A DNA stretch of 64,000 bases, from the NCBI GenBank assembly GCA_963757965.1, contig CAVWTV010000021.1, forward strand, positions 32,687 to 96,686. Direction: 5' to 3'. A model generated the notes under the pieces. That model was not told the origin of the DNA, did no database searches, and saw nothing but the letters and a program-made list of their open reading frames with translations. Positions within the stretch are counted from its first letter, which is position 1; every line of letters starts with the position of its first letter. Positions 10,235-19,800 of this stretch are shown here, one piece after another. The position numbers and the translations under genes are program-made. The DNA comes from an uncultured Acidobacteriaceae bacterium. Lineage in GTDB: Bacteria; Acidobacteriota; Terriglobia; Terriglobales; Acidobacteriaceae.

Positions 10235-10392
10235 GGACAGTTTTTCCGCAAATCTGTAGGATCTCGCCCTTTTTTGCGCAAAGGGCGGGAAGTCGGTTGG
10301 GGAGGGTCTCTCGACTAAACCCTTTGGAATCCGTAACCGGTTGGACAGTTTTTGCGCAAATCCGGGTCAGTTTTTCCGCAAACCTACAAATC
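10235..10392. repeat. cluster of short repeated words (GGACAGTTTTTSCGCAAAT x2, GGGTCAGTTTTTCCGCAAAC, TTTGCGCAAA palindrome x2)
   Basis: Read directly: copies at 10235-10260, 10343-10363 and 10364-10392. Hairpin CGCCCTTT-TTTGCGC-AAAGGGCG at 10265-10287. Confidence 0.7.
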
Positions 10393-10475
10393 GTTCACGT
10401 CTCGACCGCGTCGCTCCCCGGCAAGCTCCTGCCGGGGGCGCAAAACCCCGGCTGGATTTTATTGCAAAAACCTGG

Positions 10476-10507
10476 CAACTAAATCATTAGTTGTCCGTCT
10501 GATTTAG
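10476..10507 (+). promoter_or_regulatory. putative BlaI-family operator (two overlapping dyads)
   Basis: CAACTAA-ATCA-TTAGTTG (10476-10493) is a perfect 7-bp inverted repeat. CTAAATCA (10479-10486) and TGATTTAG (10500-10507) form a second perfect dyad. They lie 45-75 bp upstream of the BlaI-like start. Confidence 0.5.
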
Positions 10508-10551
10508 CAGGAACGGGTCAGAAGAGGACCTCCTTTCGACAATCAACGCCT

Positions 10552-10950
10552 ATGCCGCCGAAACGATCCATCACGCTGACCCAAGCCGAGCTACGGCTCA
10601 TGAAGGTGCTGTGGGACCGGGGAGAATCGACTGTGGCCGACATGGTTTCCGCCACCTCGGGCAAAGCAACTCTGGCCTATACGTCTGTTCTCACGACGAT
10701 CCGAATCCTCGAGACCAAGGGCTATGTCAAACATCGGCAGGAGGGCAGGGCGTTTCTCTACAGCTCCTGCATCGGAGAGACCGAGGCTGGCCGCTCGGAG
10801 GTTCGCCACGTGTTGCAGCGGTTCTTTGGCAACTCCCGCGAGCGGCTTTTGATTTCCCTGCTCGGAGACGGCGACATCAGTCCCGACGAATTGAGCCGCC
10901 TAAAGGAAGCCATTGCCAAGGCCCCGGATGAAGTGCTGGAGGAGTCCTAG
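10552..10950 (+). CDS. BlaI/MecI/CopY-family transcriptional repressor
   Basis: 132 aa. LTQAELRLMKVLWDRGESTVADMV...AYTSVLTTIRILETKGYVKHRQEGRAFLY matches the winged-helix penicillinase-repressor fold. Confidence 0.9.
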   Translation: MPPKRSITLTQAELRLMKVLWDRGESTVADMVSATSGKATLAYTSVLTTIRILETKGYVKHRQEGRAFLYSSCIGETEAGRSEVRHVLQRFFGNSRERLLISLLGDGDISPDELSRLKEAIAKAPDEVLEES

Positions 10951-12318
10951 ATGGGGCCTATTCTTCACGCCGCGACTCTCGTCTCCGCTGCCGCTGTGAG
11001 CGCTCTCTTCTCTGCGATTTGGGAAGGCGGCGTCGTGGCGGTTGGCGTTGCTCTTTGCCTGCGCATGCTGCCCCGCCTCGGCGCCGCGTCCCGCTCTCTG
11101 ATCTGGCTAACTGTTTTCTTCCTGCTAGTCCTCCTGCACATCGGCCCCTCACTCAGCGGGCGCGTTCGCAGCGGGGGCCCGGTGCATGCCATCCATCTTG
11201 ACCTGGGCTGGTGTATCGCAATCGTCGCCGTCTGGGCGGGGCTCTCACTTTGGAGAGGCACGCAGCTGATCCTGAGCGCCATTCGTCTCACCCGGCTGGC
11301 CAACCGCGCAACTCCATTTGCTGATGACCCTGCGCTGCTGTCGATGATCGAAGGCAGCCGAGCAGGCGCGCTCTGCACTTCCGTCGAGGTCGAGCGGCCA
11401 AGCGTGTTCGGCTTTTTTAGCCCGCGCATTCTCATCCCTCCCGCACTAATCGAGAAACTCTCCGCCTCGGAGTTGCAGCAGGTTGTGTTGCACGAGATGG
11501 AGCATCTGCGCCGCCGCGACGACTGGACCAATCTTTTTCAGAAGGCCGCGCTGGTGCTGTTTCCGCTGAACCCGGTGCTGCTATGGGTAGAGCGCCGGCT
11601 CTGTGCGGAACGCGAGCTTGCCTGCGACGACCGCGTGCTTCGCTCCAGCGGCGCTGCCAAGGCCTACGCCATTTGCCTCACCCGGCTGGCTGAATTCTCC
11701 ATGATTCAGCGCAGCCTTTCGCTGGCACTGGGCGCCTGGGAACGGCATTCGGAGCTGGTGCGCCGCGTTCATCGTCTCCTGCGGCGGCCTACTCAGTCCA
11801 TGGGCGACCGACAAGCGCAGTTCCTAACCGCTGGCCTGATCCTCGGCGTGGTTGGAGGCGTCATTGCGCTGGCGCGCACTCCGCAACTTATCAGCTTTAC
11901 TGCGCAAGCACCGCCGGCGCTCCAGGCTCAAGCGAGCCTGCAAGCTCCAGCCGCGCAGTCGGCCAGTCTTCGCGAGGTGAGCTTCAGCCAGCCCAATCTT
12001 CGCGAATCTACAGGCGCCCAGGCGCAGATTCATTTGGTCAAGACAGTCATGCACGAGCGGCCGCTTCAATCCGAAATTAAAGCGAGGCCGGTTCGGAGGA
12101 ACACCGTATCTGCGGAGCGGAGGCTGACGCGAACCTACGCAGACAGTCCGCGAGAATTCGTGGATAGCCGGCAGGAGCTCCTCGTGCTCACTGAATGGAC
12201 TGACACCGACGCCCCTGCGCACGTCGTCTTCGCCGTGCTCCCGGTCCAGCAAGCAAATCATGAAAGCAGGTTTGCCGCCGTCGCAACACCGAATGGTTGG
12301 CTGATCGTTCAAATCTAA
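10951..12318 (+). CDS. BlaR1-like M56 zinc-metalloprotease signal transducer (no recognisable beta-lactam sensor domain)
   Basis: The ATG directly abuts the blaI-like stop. Multiple TM helices and an HEMEH zinc motif followed by RRRDDWTNL. The C-terminal ~150 aa are Q/A-rich and unassigned. Confidence 0.85.
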   Translation: MGPILHAATLVSAAAVSALFSAIWEGGVVAVGVALCLRMLPRLGAASRSLIWLTVFFLLVLLHIGPSLSGRVRSGGPVHAIHLDLGWCIAIVAVWAGLSLWRGTQLILSAIRLTRLANRATPFADDPALLSMIEGSRAGALCTSVEVERPSVFGFFSPRILIPPALIEKLSASELQQVVLHEMEHLRRRDDWTNLFQKAALVLFPLNPVLLWVERRLCAERELACDDRVLRSSGAAKAYAICLTRLAEFSMIQRSLSLALGAWERHSELVRRVHRLLRRPTQSMGDRQAQFLTAGLILGVVGGVIALARTPQLISFTAQAPPALQAQASLQAPAAQSASLREVSFSQPNLRESTGAQAQIHLVKTVMHERPLQSEIKARPVRRNTVSAERRLTRTYADSPREFVDSRQELLVLTEWTDTDAPAHVVFAVLPVQQANHESRFAAVATPNGWLIVQI

Positions 12319-12391
12319 ACGCAAGATCGAATTGCGCAATCTCGTTGCGCGCAACTTCAACCACAAAACGTCAACAAGGAGAACAACTTCC

Positions 12392-13924
12392 ATGCCTCAA
12401 TCAACTAATCAATTAGTAGTCAATGCGAAGAGATTTGCCGCAATTGCCGCCATCGCCGGAGCCTTCGCATTGGGCGCAGTCATTTTCGCCGGCCATGGCA
12501 ATGTTCACGCCGCGTCGGCCATTGACGACAACAGCGTGTCGGCGCTCACTTCGCTCGACCGCGCCATGGAGGCCGTCGCATCGCGCGTGACTCCCGCGGT
12601 CGTAAACGTGGCCGTCACCTCGAAAGGTTCCGATGAAGCTGACGCCTCCGACGGGCCGATGCAGGGACTTCCCCCCGAGTTCCAGAGGTTCTTCGGCCAG
12701 ATGCCTCACCAGCATTCTCAACAGCAGCAGATCGAGCATGGCGTGGGCAGCGGCATCATCATCTCGCCGGACGGGTACATCGTCACCAACGGCCACGTGG
12801 TCGAGGGCGCTGTGCAGATCAAGGTGACTCTGAACGATCGCCGCATCCTGAAAGCGAAGCTGATCGGCGTGGATAAGTTGAACGACCTGGCCGTAATCAA
12901 GGTCGACGCGACCGGCCTTCCCAGCATTGCCTGGGGAGACTCGACGAAACTGCAGCCGGGCCAGACCGTGCTCGCATTCGGAAGCCCGTTCGGCTACTTC
13001 CAATTCTCGGTAACGCGCGGCATCGTCAGCGCGCTCAACCGGCCCAACCCGTATTCAGATGATCCGCGCAGGCCGGGCAACTTCATCCAGACTGACGCCG
13101 CCATCAATCCCGGCAATTCCGGTGGCGCACTGGTCAACGCGCACGGAGAGCTTGTCGGAATCAACACCTTCATCATCTCCAACAGCGGTTCGTTTGCCGG
13201 CGCGGGCTTTGCCATTCCCTCGCAGATTGTGCGCGCCACAGCCGAGCAGTTGATCGCGCACGGCAAGGTCGACCACGGCTACCTCGGCATCAACATGAAT
13301 GACGTCACGCCGGACAACGCTCACTTTTTCAATTTAATGAACGCGGCCGGCGCAATCGTCTCCCAGGTGACGCCGGATTCACCGGCAAGCCGCGGAGGCG
13401 TCCAAACCGGCGATGTGATCTCCCAGCTCAACGGAGAGGAGATAGTGAACGGCAGCGCCCTGCAGGTTGCGGTCAGTGAAATGGCTCCTGGGACGAAGAT
13501 TGCGCTGGGCGTGATCCGCGACGGCAAGCCGGTTACGTTGAACCTCACTGTCGGCCAATTCCACGGCAACTCTGAGGTGGCCAGCGACAACGGCCCCGAG
13601 GGTTCAAATGGCGCGCAAACCGGCAAGCTCGGATTTGCTGTCACCGATCTGACACCGGACACGCGGCAGCAGATCAATGCGCCGGACCAGATCCATGGCG
13701 TTGTGGTTGAGAACGTGCGCCCGGCCAGTCCCGCCGACGAAGCGGGCCTTCAGCCGGGCGATGTCATCCTTGAAATCAACCGCAAGCCCGCGCAATCAGC
13801 CAGCCAGTTCGCAAACGAGCTGCACCAGAACCGTGATGGAAAAGATCTCCTGCTCCTGGTCTGGTCGAAGGGCAATGCTAGCTATCGCACCATTCATCCC
13901 GATCAGGATGAACCAAAGGGCTAG
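12392..13924 (+). CDS. HtrA/DegP/DegQ periplasmic serine protease with two PDZ domains
   Basis: AAGGAG lies upstream of the ATG at 12392 (the ORF opens at 12332). Triad contexts TNGHVV, NDLAVIKV and GNSGGAL, plus two PDZ-like segments. Confidence 0.9.
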   Translation: MPQSTNQLVVNAKRFAAIAAIAGAFALGAVIFAGHGNVHAASAIDDNSVSALTSLDRAMEAVASRVTPAVVNVAVTSKGSDEADASDGPMQGLPPEFQRFFGQMPHQHSQQQQIEHGVGSGIIISPDGYIVTNGHVVEGAVQIKVTLNDRRILKAKLIGVDKLNDLAVIKVDATGLPSIAWGDSTKLQPGQTVLAFGSPFGYFQFSVTRGIVSALNRPNPYSDDPRRPGNFIQTDAAINPGNSGGALVNAHGELVGINTFIISNSGSFAGAGFAIPSQIVRATAEQLIAHGKVDHGYLGINMNDVTPDNAHFFNLMNAAGAIVSQVTPDSPASRGGVQTGDVISQLNGEEIVNGSALQVAVSEMAPGTKIALGVIRDGKPVTLNLTVGQFHGNSEVASDNGPEGSNGAQTGKLGFAVTDLTPDTRQQINAPDQIHGVVVENVRPASPADEAGLQPGDVILEINRKPAQSASQFANELHQNRDGKDLLLLVWSKGNASYRTIHPDQDEPKG

Positions 13925-14020
13925 TTAGCCAACAGTGAGGCCGCCGTAGATCGAGCTAACTCGAATCGGCGGCCTCGCTACTGGTGTCCGCCACGCAGAT
14001 GGTCGTTTATGTCTTGAAAG

Positions 14021-14090
14021 GGCACGACTTCAGTCGTGCCGTAAACGGCCCAAAATGAGCTGAGCTTTAGCCCCTGAGGGAAGCCTCTGC
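14021..14090 (-). repeat. dispersed intergenic hairpin repeat, copy A (inverted orientation)
   Basis: The reverse complement reads GGGGCTAAAGCTC...ACGGCACGACTGAAGTCGTGCCCTTTCAAGAC, matching copies at 48.3, 49.8 and 51.5 kb. Confidence 0.8.
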
Positions 14091-14169
14091 TACGGATTCA
14101 ACCCATTCGCGGGCATCGGTAAATGACCCTATGTGCGACGGCCTCGCTAAGTTACAGTGTCGAGTTAAC

Positions 14170-14958
14170 TCACCGTAGCCACGAAGCGATCCGCCCCCAG
14201 TAGGATAAGTGCGGGCGATAGAACGGCTCGTTGTGAGTGAGCATTGGAACGATCACCAGCTCGGATTGTGAGCCGCAATAGGCAGCCAGTTCCTCTGCCA
14301 TTTCGACTGGGAACAGCCGATCCTTTTCACCATGAACGACGAGCACCGGAACGGAGCAGGCGCCGAGTGCTTTCTCGGCATCCCAAATGGGCGGCACTGC
14401 AAGTGCAAAGAACTTGGGAATCCCGACGCTGACAGTAGCCTTTCGCAGAGATGTGAATGCGGCGCAGAGCAGCAAACGATGGACCGGCACCCTCGGAACA
14501 ATCGCGGCAGCTATACCGCTGCCCAGGGAGAAGCCAAGAACTGAGACTGGTAATGTCCCTGTCAGCCGCTGCAAGCACATGAATGCGGCGACCGCATCCA
14601 ACTCGCATTGGCTCGCGTTGAAGAACCCGGAACTGCGTCCGTAGCCTGAGTAATCGAAGACCATCGAGGCGACGCCGTTGGCTGCGAGAAGCTGCTGCAC
14701 TCCGAGCCAGTGCTCGACGGTTTCTCCAATCCCGTGACAGATAAGCACGCTGGCCTTCACGGCGTTTGCGTCTGGGGTGACAAACACAGCGTCAATAACA
14801 TTGTTTCCACTGTGAATAACATGGCGTGAGGCAACTGCCTGCGACGTTTCCACGCGTCCATTGCGTCTAATCCTGCCCAGGAGCCTGTCGCGCAACACAA
14901 GAATGCGGCTCGTGGATGTGACCCCAATGGTCAAGAGAAGTTGTCGCGCTTCAATCAC
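14170..14958 (-). CDS. alpha/beta-fold hydrolase
   Basis: 262 aa. Nucleophile elbow GFSLGSG, HGIGE and HGEKDRLFP motifs. Confidence 0.8.
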   Translation of the reverse strand: MIEARQLLLTIGVTSTSRILVLRDRLLGRIRRNGRVETSQAVASRHVIHSGNNVIDAVFVTPDANAVKASVLICHGIGETVEHWLGVQQLLAANGVASMVFDYSGYGRSSGFFNASQCELDAVAAFMCLQRLTGTLPVSVLGFSLGSGIAAAIVPRVPVHRLLLCAAFTSLRKATVSVGIPKFFALAVPPIWDAEKALGACSVPVLVVHGEKDRLFPVEMAEELAAYCGSQSELVIVPMLTHNEPFYRPHLSYWGRIASWLR

Positions 14959-15020
14959 AGTTAGTTTCTATCTTAGACCCCGATGAGAATCGCGTCTTGA
15001 ATCGGCGACTCGATCGCACG

Positions 15021-18000
15021 CTATGCTTCGACCGCCGGCGACATCGCCGCCGCAAGCTCCTTGACTCCGCGCAGGTCAATCTTTCCTGTGCCTAACACAG
15101 GCAATGCATCGACGTGGAAAAACTGATTCGATCGCGGCTTCCACAGCGCCGGAAGATCGCACTGGGGCAGCTTCTCCAGCACCGGAGCAAGCTTCCCCTC
15201 CGGCAGTGTAGTAATCACGACAATGCGTTCACCCTTCTTCTCGTCCGGCAGCGCCGTCACGGCAAACACCTGTTCGGTCACGCCGGCCAGTTCATGTAGT
15301 TTGTCTTCGATCTTGACGTGCGGCACCATCTCGCCGCCGATCTTGCTGAAGCGCGACAGCCGGTCTGTGATGGTAAGAAAGCCATCTTCCTCCATCAGCG
15401 CAACGTCCCCTGTCGTATACCAGCCATCGCGCAGCACTTCGGCAGTCCTTTCCGGCTTGCCTAGATAGCCCTTCATCACGTTCGGCCCTTTTACCAGAAG
15501 CATCCCCGCGGTTCCATGCGCAACCGGCCCTCCCGTATCGAGATCGACAACCTTCACCGACACACCAGGCAGCGGGTGTCCGATCCTTCCGCGTCTCGCG
15601 CCGACCTGGCGAAATCCCGGCGCACGGAAGTCACGCCCATTCACCGTGACTACAGGTGAACATTCTGTGCACCCATAGCCCTCCAGCGGACGAATGCCAA
15701 ACGTATCTTCGAATGCAAGCGCAATGCGCTCCGGCAGCTTCTCCGCGCCCACCAGGACGAATTGCAAACTGCCGAAACTCTCCGGTGGACAGCGGCGCAT
15801 GTAGGCCTGCAAGAAAGTTGGCGTGGCAATCAGGAATGTAACTCCGTACTTCTCAACCAGCCCACCGATCACTTGCGCGTCAAGCGGATTGGGATGATAG
15901 ACCACGCCCACACCTTGCACTGCCGGCAACCAAAGCCCAGCCATGAATCCGAAGGAGTGAAAGAACGGAAGGATACCAAGGATTTTGTCGCGTCCGCCGA
16001 GCATGAATACCTGCGACACCTGTTGAATGTTCGACAGGATGTTGAAGTGAGTCAGCATCACGCCTTTGGGATCTCCGGTGCTTCCGCTGGAGAAGATCAC
16101 TGTTGCCAATCGATCGACCGCCGAGGCTGTGGGGTCGTCCGCTCCCGCGATCTGGTGCAACGCATTCGCAGCGTGGCGCCCGGCCAATGCCTTGCGCAGC
16201 AGCGCGGACGGCACAAGCCACGCGAACAAAAGCGCCGCCAGTTTTTCGCTGAAACGCGGAGCGCTCAGCGCGTCCTCCAGAAAAAGCGTCCGTCCAGGGA
16301 TTGCGAGATTCGGAAAACGCTCCACGAAAGCCTTTGAAGTGATGACCACATCCACGCCGCACTGGCTTGCACACGACGCGATGACCTCGCTCGACGATGT
16401 GTAGTTGAGGTTGACGGGAATGCGGCCAAGCAGCATGAGCGCATAGTTGGTGAGCGCTCCGCCTACGGATGGCGGCAGCAACATGCCCACCATTTGCTGC
16501 TCGCCGATCTGGCGCCGCAATCTGCGCGCGATAAACATGGTCTTGGTAAGCGCCGAAGCAAAGCTTACTCTCGGAGTCCTGCCGTCGGCCATCATGAAGC
16601 GCAGAGGATGGCGCCTGGCTGTCTTCACGAATGACCGGTCGAGCGTCTTCATTCCGCTCTTCCGCCGCTGGAATGCCTCGGCGTGAAGTTCCTGCACCGC
16701 ACTGCGCACCTGGATAGCCGTCGATGACGGCGGCATGGGTGTTCCAAAACTAACAGTCACCGGATACGGAATGTGCCGGGGCATCTTCCAAAGGAAGCGG
16801 CCGCGCTCAAAGCTGAAGATGCTTCCCCACACGCCATCCAGATTCACGGGAATAATGGGTACGTCCACGCCCTTCATGATGCGTTCGAGGCCGCGGCGGA
16901 ATGGCAATAATTGGCCGGTGCGCGTGATCTGCCCTTCGGCAAAGATGCAAACCACTTCATCCTGACGCAGTGCTTCGCTCGCGGTTTGCAGGGAACGAAG
17001 CATCTCGCGGGGGCGCTGTTCGCTTGAAATCGGAATCGCCTTCATCATCTTTGCGAACGGCTTTACCAGCCTGTGATCGTAGATGCCCTTGTAAACCAGG
17101 AAACGAATAGGCCGGTCGGTAGAAGCGATAAGCAAAGCCGCATCAACGAACGACATGTGATTGCAGACAAGCAATGCGCCGGTTCTATCCGGGAAGTTAT
17201 CCCGTCCCAAGACCTTGACGCGATACACCGTGTGCGTAATGAGAAAAAGCACGAGCCGCCCGAACCACTCCGGGAGCAGGATTAATACATAAATAGTTCC
17301 CGCGGTGGTGATCGTCGAAGCAGCAACGATCACTCCGCTGGGGTTGAGATGAATGGATTCCGTAAAGACGTAATACACGACCGCGGAAAGCGCAATTCCC
17401 ACGAACGAGAGCAGATTTGCCGCGGCGATGATGCCGCCTTTGTCTTCCTCCCTGGGGCGATGCTGAATGAGCGCGTTGACGGGGACAGCAAAGAAGCCTG
17501 CCCAGAATCCGAGCGCGCCGAGCAGCAGCGCCGAACTGATCATGCCATGCTGCCATCCACCGAGAATGAAACCGGTAAGTGTCATGCCGATCGAGCCAAG
17601 CGGAATGAGGCCGTACTCGATCTTGTTACCGCTGACGAGCCCGGCAGTCATGCTGCCAATGCCGATACCCACGGCAAGCATGGCATTCAGATATCCGGTC
17701 TTTGTCTGCCCGATGTGCAGCACATCCGGCCCGTAGACGACGATGGTTGAAAACAGCAGCGAGCCCAGGAACCAGAAATAGGTGTTTCCGGCAACGGCAA
17801 GAAGCAGCGGCCGGTCGCGGCGCATCGATTGAATCTGATGCCAAAGGTCGCCGGCAATGTTGGCGCGAAATTTCTTCTCCGGCGCCGCGGGTGGGACATG
17901 ATCGATGCCGAGGCTGGTCAGCAGGCCTGCAAATGAGAGGGCCAGCAACGCATAGCCGGCATAGACTTCGTGCCCCTGAAAACTCTGCGCCATCGTCGCG

Positions 18001-18569
18001 CCGGTCACAGTGCCGATAATGATGGCGAGAAACGTCCCCAACTCGATAACGCCGTTGCCCCACGACAAGCGCTTCGCCGGCAGCAGTTCAGGCAGCAACC
18101 CGTACTTTGTAGGCCCGAACAGCGCCGCCTGGGTCGCTACCAGCCCCAGTGCGAGCACCGACACCGGAAGCGAGTGGGCTGCCAGCCCGGCGGTCGCAAC
18201 TACCATCGAACCGACCTCCATCACCTTGGTCCAGATGGTGATCTGGCGTTTGCTGAAGCGATCCGCGAGCCACCCTCCGGGCATGCTGAAAATCACGAAG
18301 GGGACGGAAAACATCAACGTAACAAGGGAGACGAAGCTCTCGCGCGTGCTCAGGGACATGCCCATGCCGACGATCATCGACAGCAGCAGATTGCGCAGAA
18401 TGTTATCGCTGTAAGCGCCCTGAAACTGAGTGACAATGAGCGCCCAGAAGCCGCGCGTGCCGCGTGGAGATTCAGAAGGGATTGCCCCCGCTGCAACGGT
18501 GGTATTGGAATCGATTGCGGTCATGAGTCGAGGCTGTGAGTCCGAGGTGCTGCTTGTAACGTATCGCAA
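15021..18569 (-). CDS. fusion protein: MFS lysophospholipid transporter (LplT-like) + PlsC-type acyltransferase + acyl-ACP/AMP-dependent synthetase (Aas-like)
   Basis: 1182 aa. About 12 TM helices at the N-terminus. H(x)4D acyltransferase motif NHMSFVDA. Adenylate-forming motifs SSGSTGDPKGV, EGYGCTE, YTTGD and GGEMV. Confidence 0.85.
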   Translation of the reverse strand: MRYVTSSTSDSQPRLMTAIDSNTTVAAGAIPSESPRGTRGFWALIVTQFQGAYSDNILRNLLLSMIVGMGMSLSTRESFVSLVTLMFSVPFVIFSMPGGWLADRFSKRQITIWTKVMEVGSMVVATAGLAAHSLPVSVLALGLVATQAALFGPTKYGLLPELLPAKRLSWGNGVIELGTFLAIIIGTVTGATMAQSFQGHEVYAGYALLALSFAGLLTSLGIDHVPPAAPEKKFRANIAGDLWHQIQSMRRDRPLLLAVAGNTYFWFLGSLLFSTIVVYGPDVLHIGQTKTGYLNAMLAVGIGIGSMTAGLVSGNKIEYGLIPLGSIGMTLTGFILGGWQHGMISSALLLGALGFWAGFFAVPVNALIQHRPREEDKGGIIAAANLLSFVGIALSAVVYYVFTESIHLNPSGVIVAASTITTAGTIYVLILLPEWFGRLVLFLITHTVYRVKVLGRDNFPDRTGALLVCNHMSFVDAALLIASTDRPIRFLVYKGIYDHRLVKPFAKMMKAIPISSEQRPREMLRSLQTASEALRQDEVVCIFAEGQITRTGQLLPFRRGLERIMKGVDVPIIPVNLDGVWGSIFSFERGRFLWKMPRHIPYPVTVSFGTPMPPSSTAIQVRSAVQELHAEAFQRRKSGMKTLDRSFVKTARRHPLRFMMADGRTPRVSFASALTKTMFIARRLRRQIGEQQMVGMLLPPSVGGALTNYALMLLGRIPVNLNYTSSSEVIASCASQCGVDVVITSKAFVERFPNLAIPGRTLFLEDALSAPRFSEKLAALLFAWLVPSALLRKALAGRHAANALHQIAGADDPTASAVDRLATVIFSSGSTGDPKGVMLTHFNILSNIQQVSQVFMLGGRDKILGILPFFHSFGFMAGLWLPAVQGVGVVYHPNPLDAQVIGGLVEKYGVTFLIATPTFLQAYMRRCPPESFGSLQFVLVGAEKLPERIALAFEDTFGIRPLEGYGCTECSPVVTVNGRDFRAPGFRQVGARRGRIGHPLPGVSVKVVDLDTGGPVAHGTAGMLLVKGPNVMKGYLGKPERTAEVLRDGWYTTGDVALMEEDGFLTITDRLSRFSKIGGEMVPHVKIEDKLHELAGVTEQVFAVTALPDEKKGERIVVITTLPEGKLAPVLEKLPQCDLPALWKPRSNQFFHVDALPVLGTGKIDLRGVKELAAAMSPAVEA

Positions 18570-18605
18570 GAATGCAATCGAGAGAACAGTTTTTCAATGG
18601 GAAGG

Positions 18606-19049
18606 TTAGCTGGATACTGCTTCCGTCCGAGCAGGGGCTGAATCATGGCTCTTCAAAGTTGTCTTCGCGAACGTCCAGTTATCTCCCAGGCAGAAGTTGA
18701 CAACCGAGCAGCATAGAATCGCGAGACCGTTGGCTGCAAGAACGGGCATATGCGCCTCATCCACCAGCAGGCGCATCATTGCGAGGTTCCCGACCATCGA
18801 AACCAGTCCGTTTGAGAGATGAAACCGCAGAATCTGAACCATCAATGCGTCGTCGTCGCGGCGGTCGCGCCATGTGTAGTGCAGGTGCCACGCAAAGTTA
18901 TGCAGCAGCGCGACCTCGATGGCCGCAGATGTCGCGTAAAGGTAGTGGCCCGCTGCCCAATGATTGAAAAGGGCGAGCGAGGCGAGCTGCACGACCATCC
19001 CCATGGCTCCCACCAGGTTGAACTTCAGCCAGCGGATGAACGTGTTCAC
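18606..19049 (-). CDS. GtrA-family membrane protein
   Basis: 147 aa with 4 TM helices. N-terminus FIRWLKFNLVGAMGMVVQL and C-terminal NFCLGDNWTF are typical of GtrA-like proteins. GTGA overlap with the upstream gene. Confidence 0.75.
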   Translation of the reverse strand: MNTFIRWLKFNLVGAMGMVVQLASLALFNHWAAGHYLYATSAAIEVALLHNFAWHLHYTWRDRRDDDALMVQILRFHLSNGLVSMVGNLAMMRLLVDEAHMPVLAANGLAILCCSVVNFCLGDNWTFAKTTLKSHDSAPARTEAVSS

Positions 19050-19792
19050 GGCAACGGCTCCTGCCGGTAGAGTTGCGCTGTGTGGCGCATGGTGACAACG
19101 ATCGCCATCGCGAACATGCCAACCGCCGCGATCGTTCCTCCCAGATCGAACAGCAGCATCTTACGCCCGAACAATGTTGAATACGGGCTGCGCAGCAGCG
19201 CCAGGTTGCCAATGACAAGCAGAATGCGAATCTCCGTGGGGCCGAAGAATCCTTGCGAAAGTTCAAAGCAGGACAAGGTATATGTGGCAAGATAGCTCTC
19301 GCTCGATAGGAGCAGAAATGCGACCATCATCGCGACGGCCGTCTGCCATTGCAAATAGCCGGAGTAACCCAGCCCGCACATCAGCGCGACCGATCCGAAG
19401 ATATCTACCATGTGGTCGACGTAGAAACCGTAGCGCGGACGCTGCTGCTTGCGCACGCGGGCCAGCGTCCCATCCAGGCTGTCTCCGAGCCAGTTGAGCG
19501 CCAGGCACACAATCACCAACAGCAGCGCATAGCGGTTGTAGCGCGACAATGCATAGAAGATGCCGGCTCCGATCTGCGCGCTCAGGCCAAGCGCGGTGAG
19601 TCGATCGGAGGTGACCCAGCTCGGCGCGCGCTCGGCCATCCACAGCAAGGCGCGCTTCTCAACGTCAGCCGTCAGCGACTGGTTTACTCGGCGCGCGGTC
19701 CGAAATACCGCTGCATCGCTGGTTGTAACTGAATTCGCATTCATTCTGATTTCCTTTCCAACTGCCGGTTTCCGCGCCATCATTCCGTGCAC
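19046..19792 (-). CDS. CDP-alcohol phosphatidyltransferase family protein
   Basis: Signature DSLDGTLAR-x9-GFYVDHMVD (D-x2-DG-x2-AR...G-x3-D-x3-D). Polytopic membrane protein. Confidence 0.85.
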   Translation of the reverse strand: MHGMMARKPAVGKEIRMNANSVTTSDAAVFRTARRVNQSLTADVEKRALLWMAERAPSWVTSDRLTALGLSAQIGAGIFYALSRYNRYALLLVIVCLALNWLGDSLDGTLARVRKQQRPRYGFYVDHMVDIFGSVALMCGLGYSGYLQWQTAVAMMVAFLLLSSESYLATYTLSCFELSQGFFGPTEIRILLVIGNLALLRSPYSTLFGRKMLLFDLGGTIAAVGMFAMAIVVTMRHTAQLYRQEPLP

Positions 19793-19800
19793 CGCTCAAA

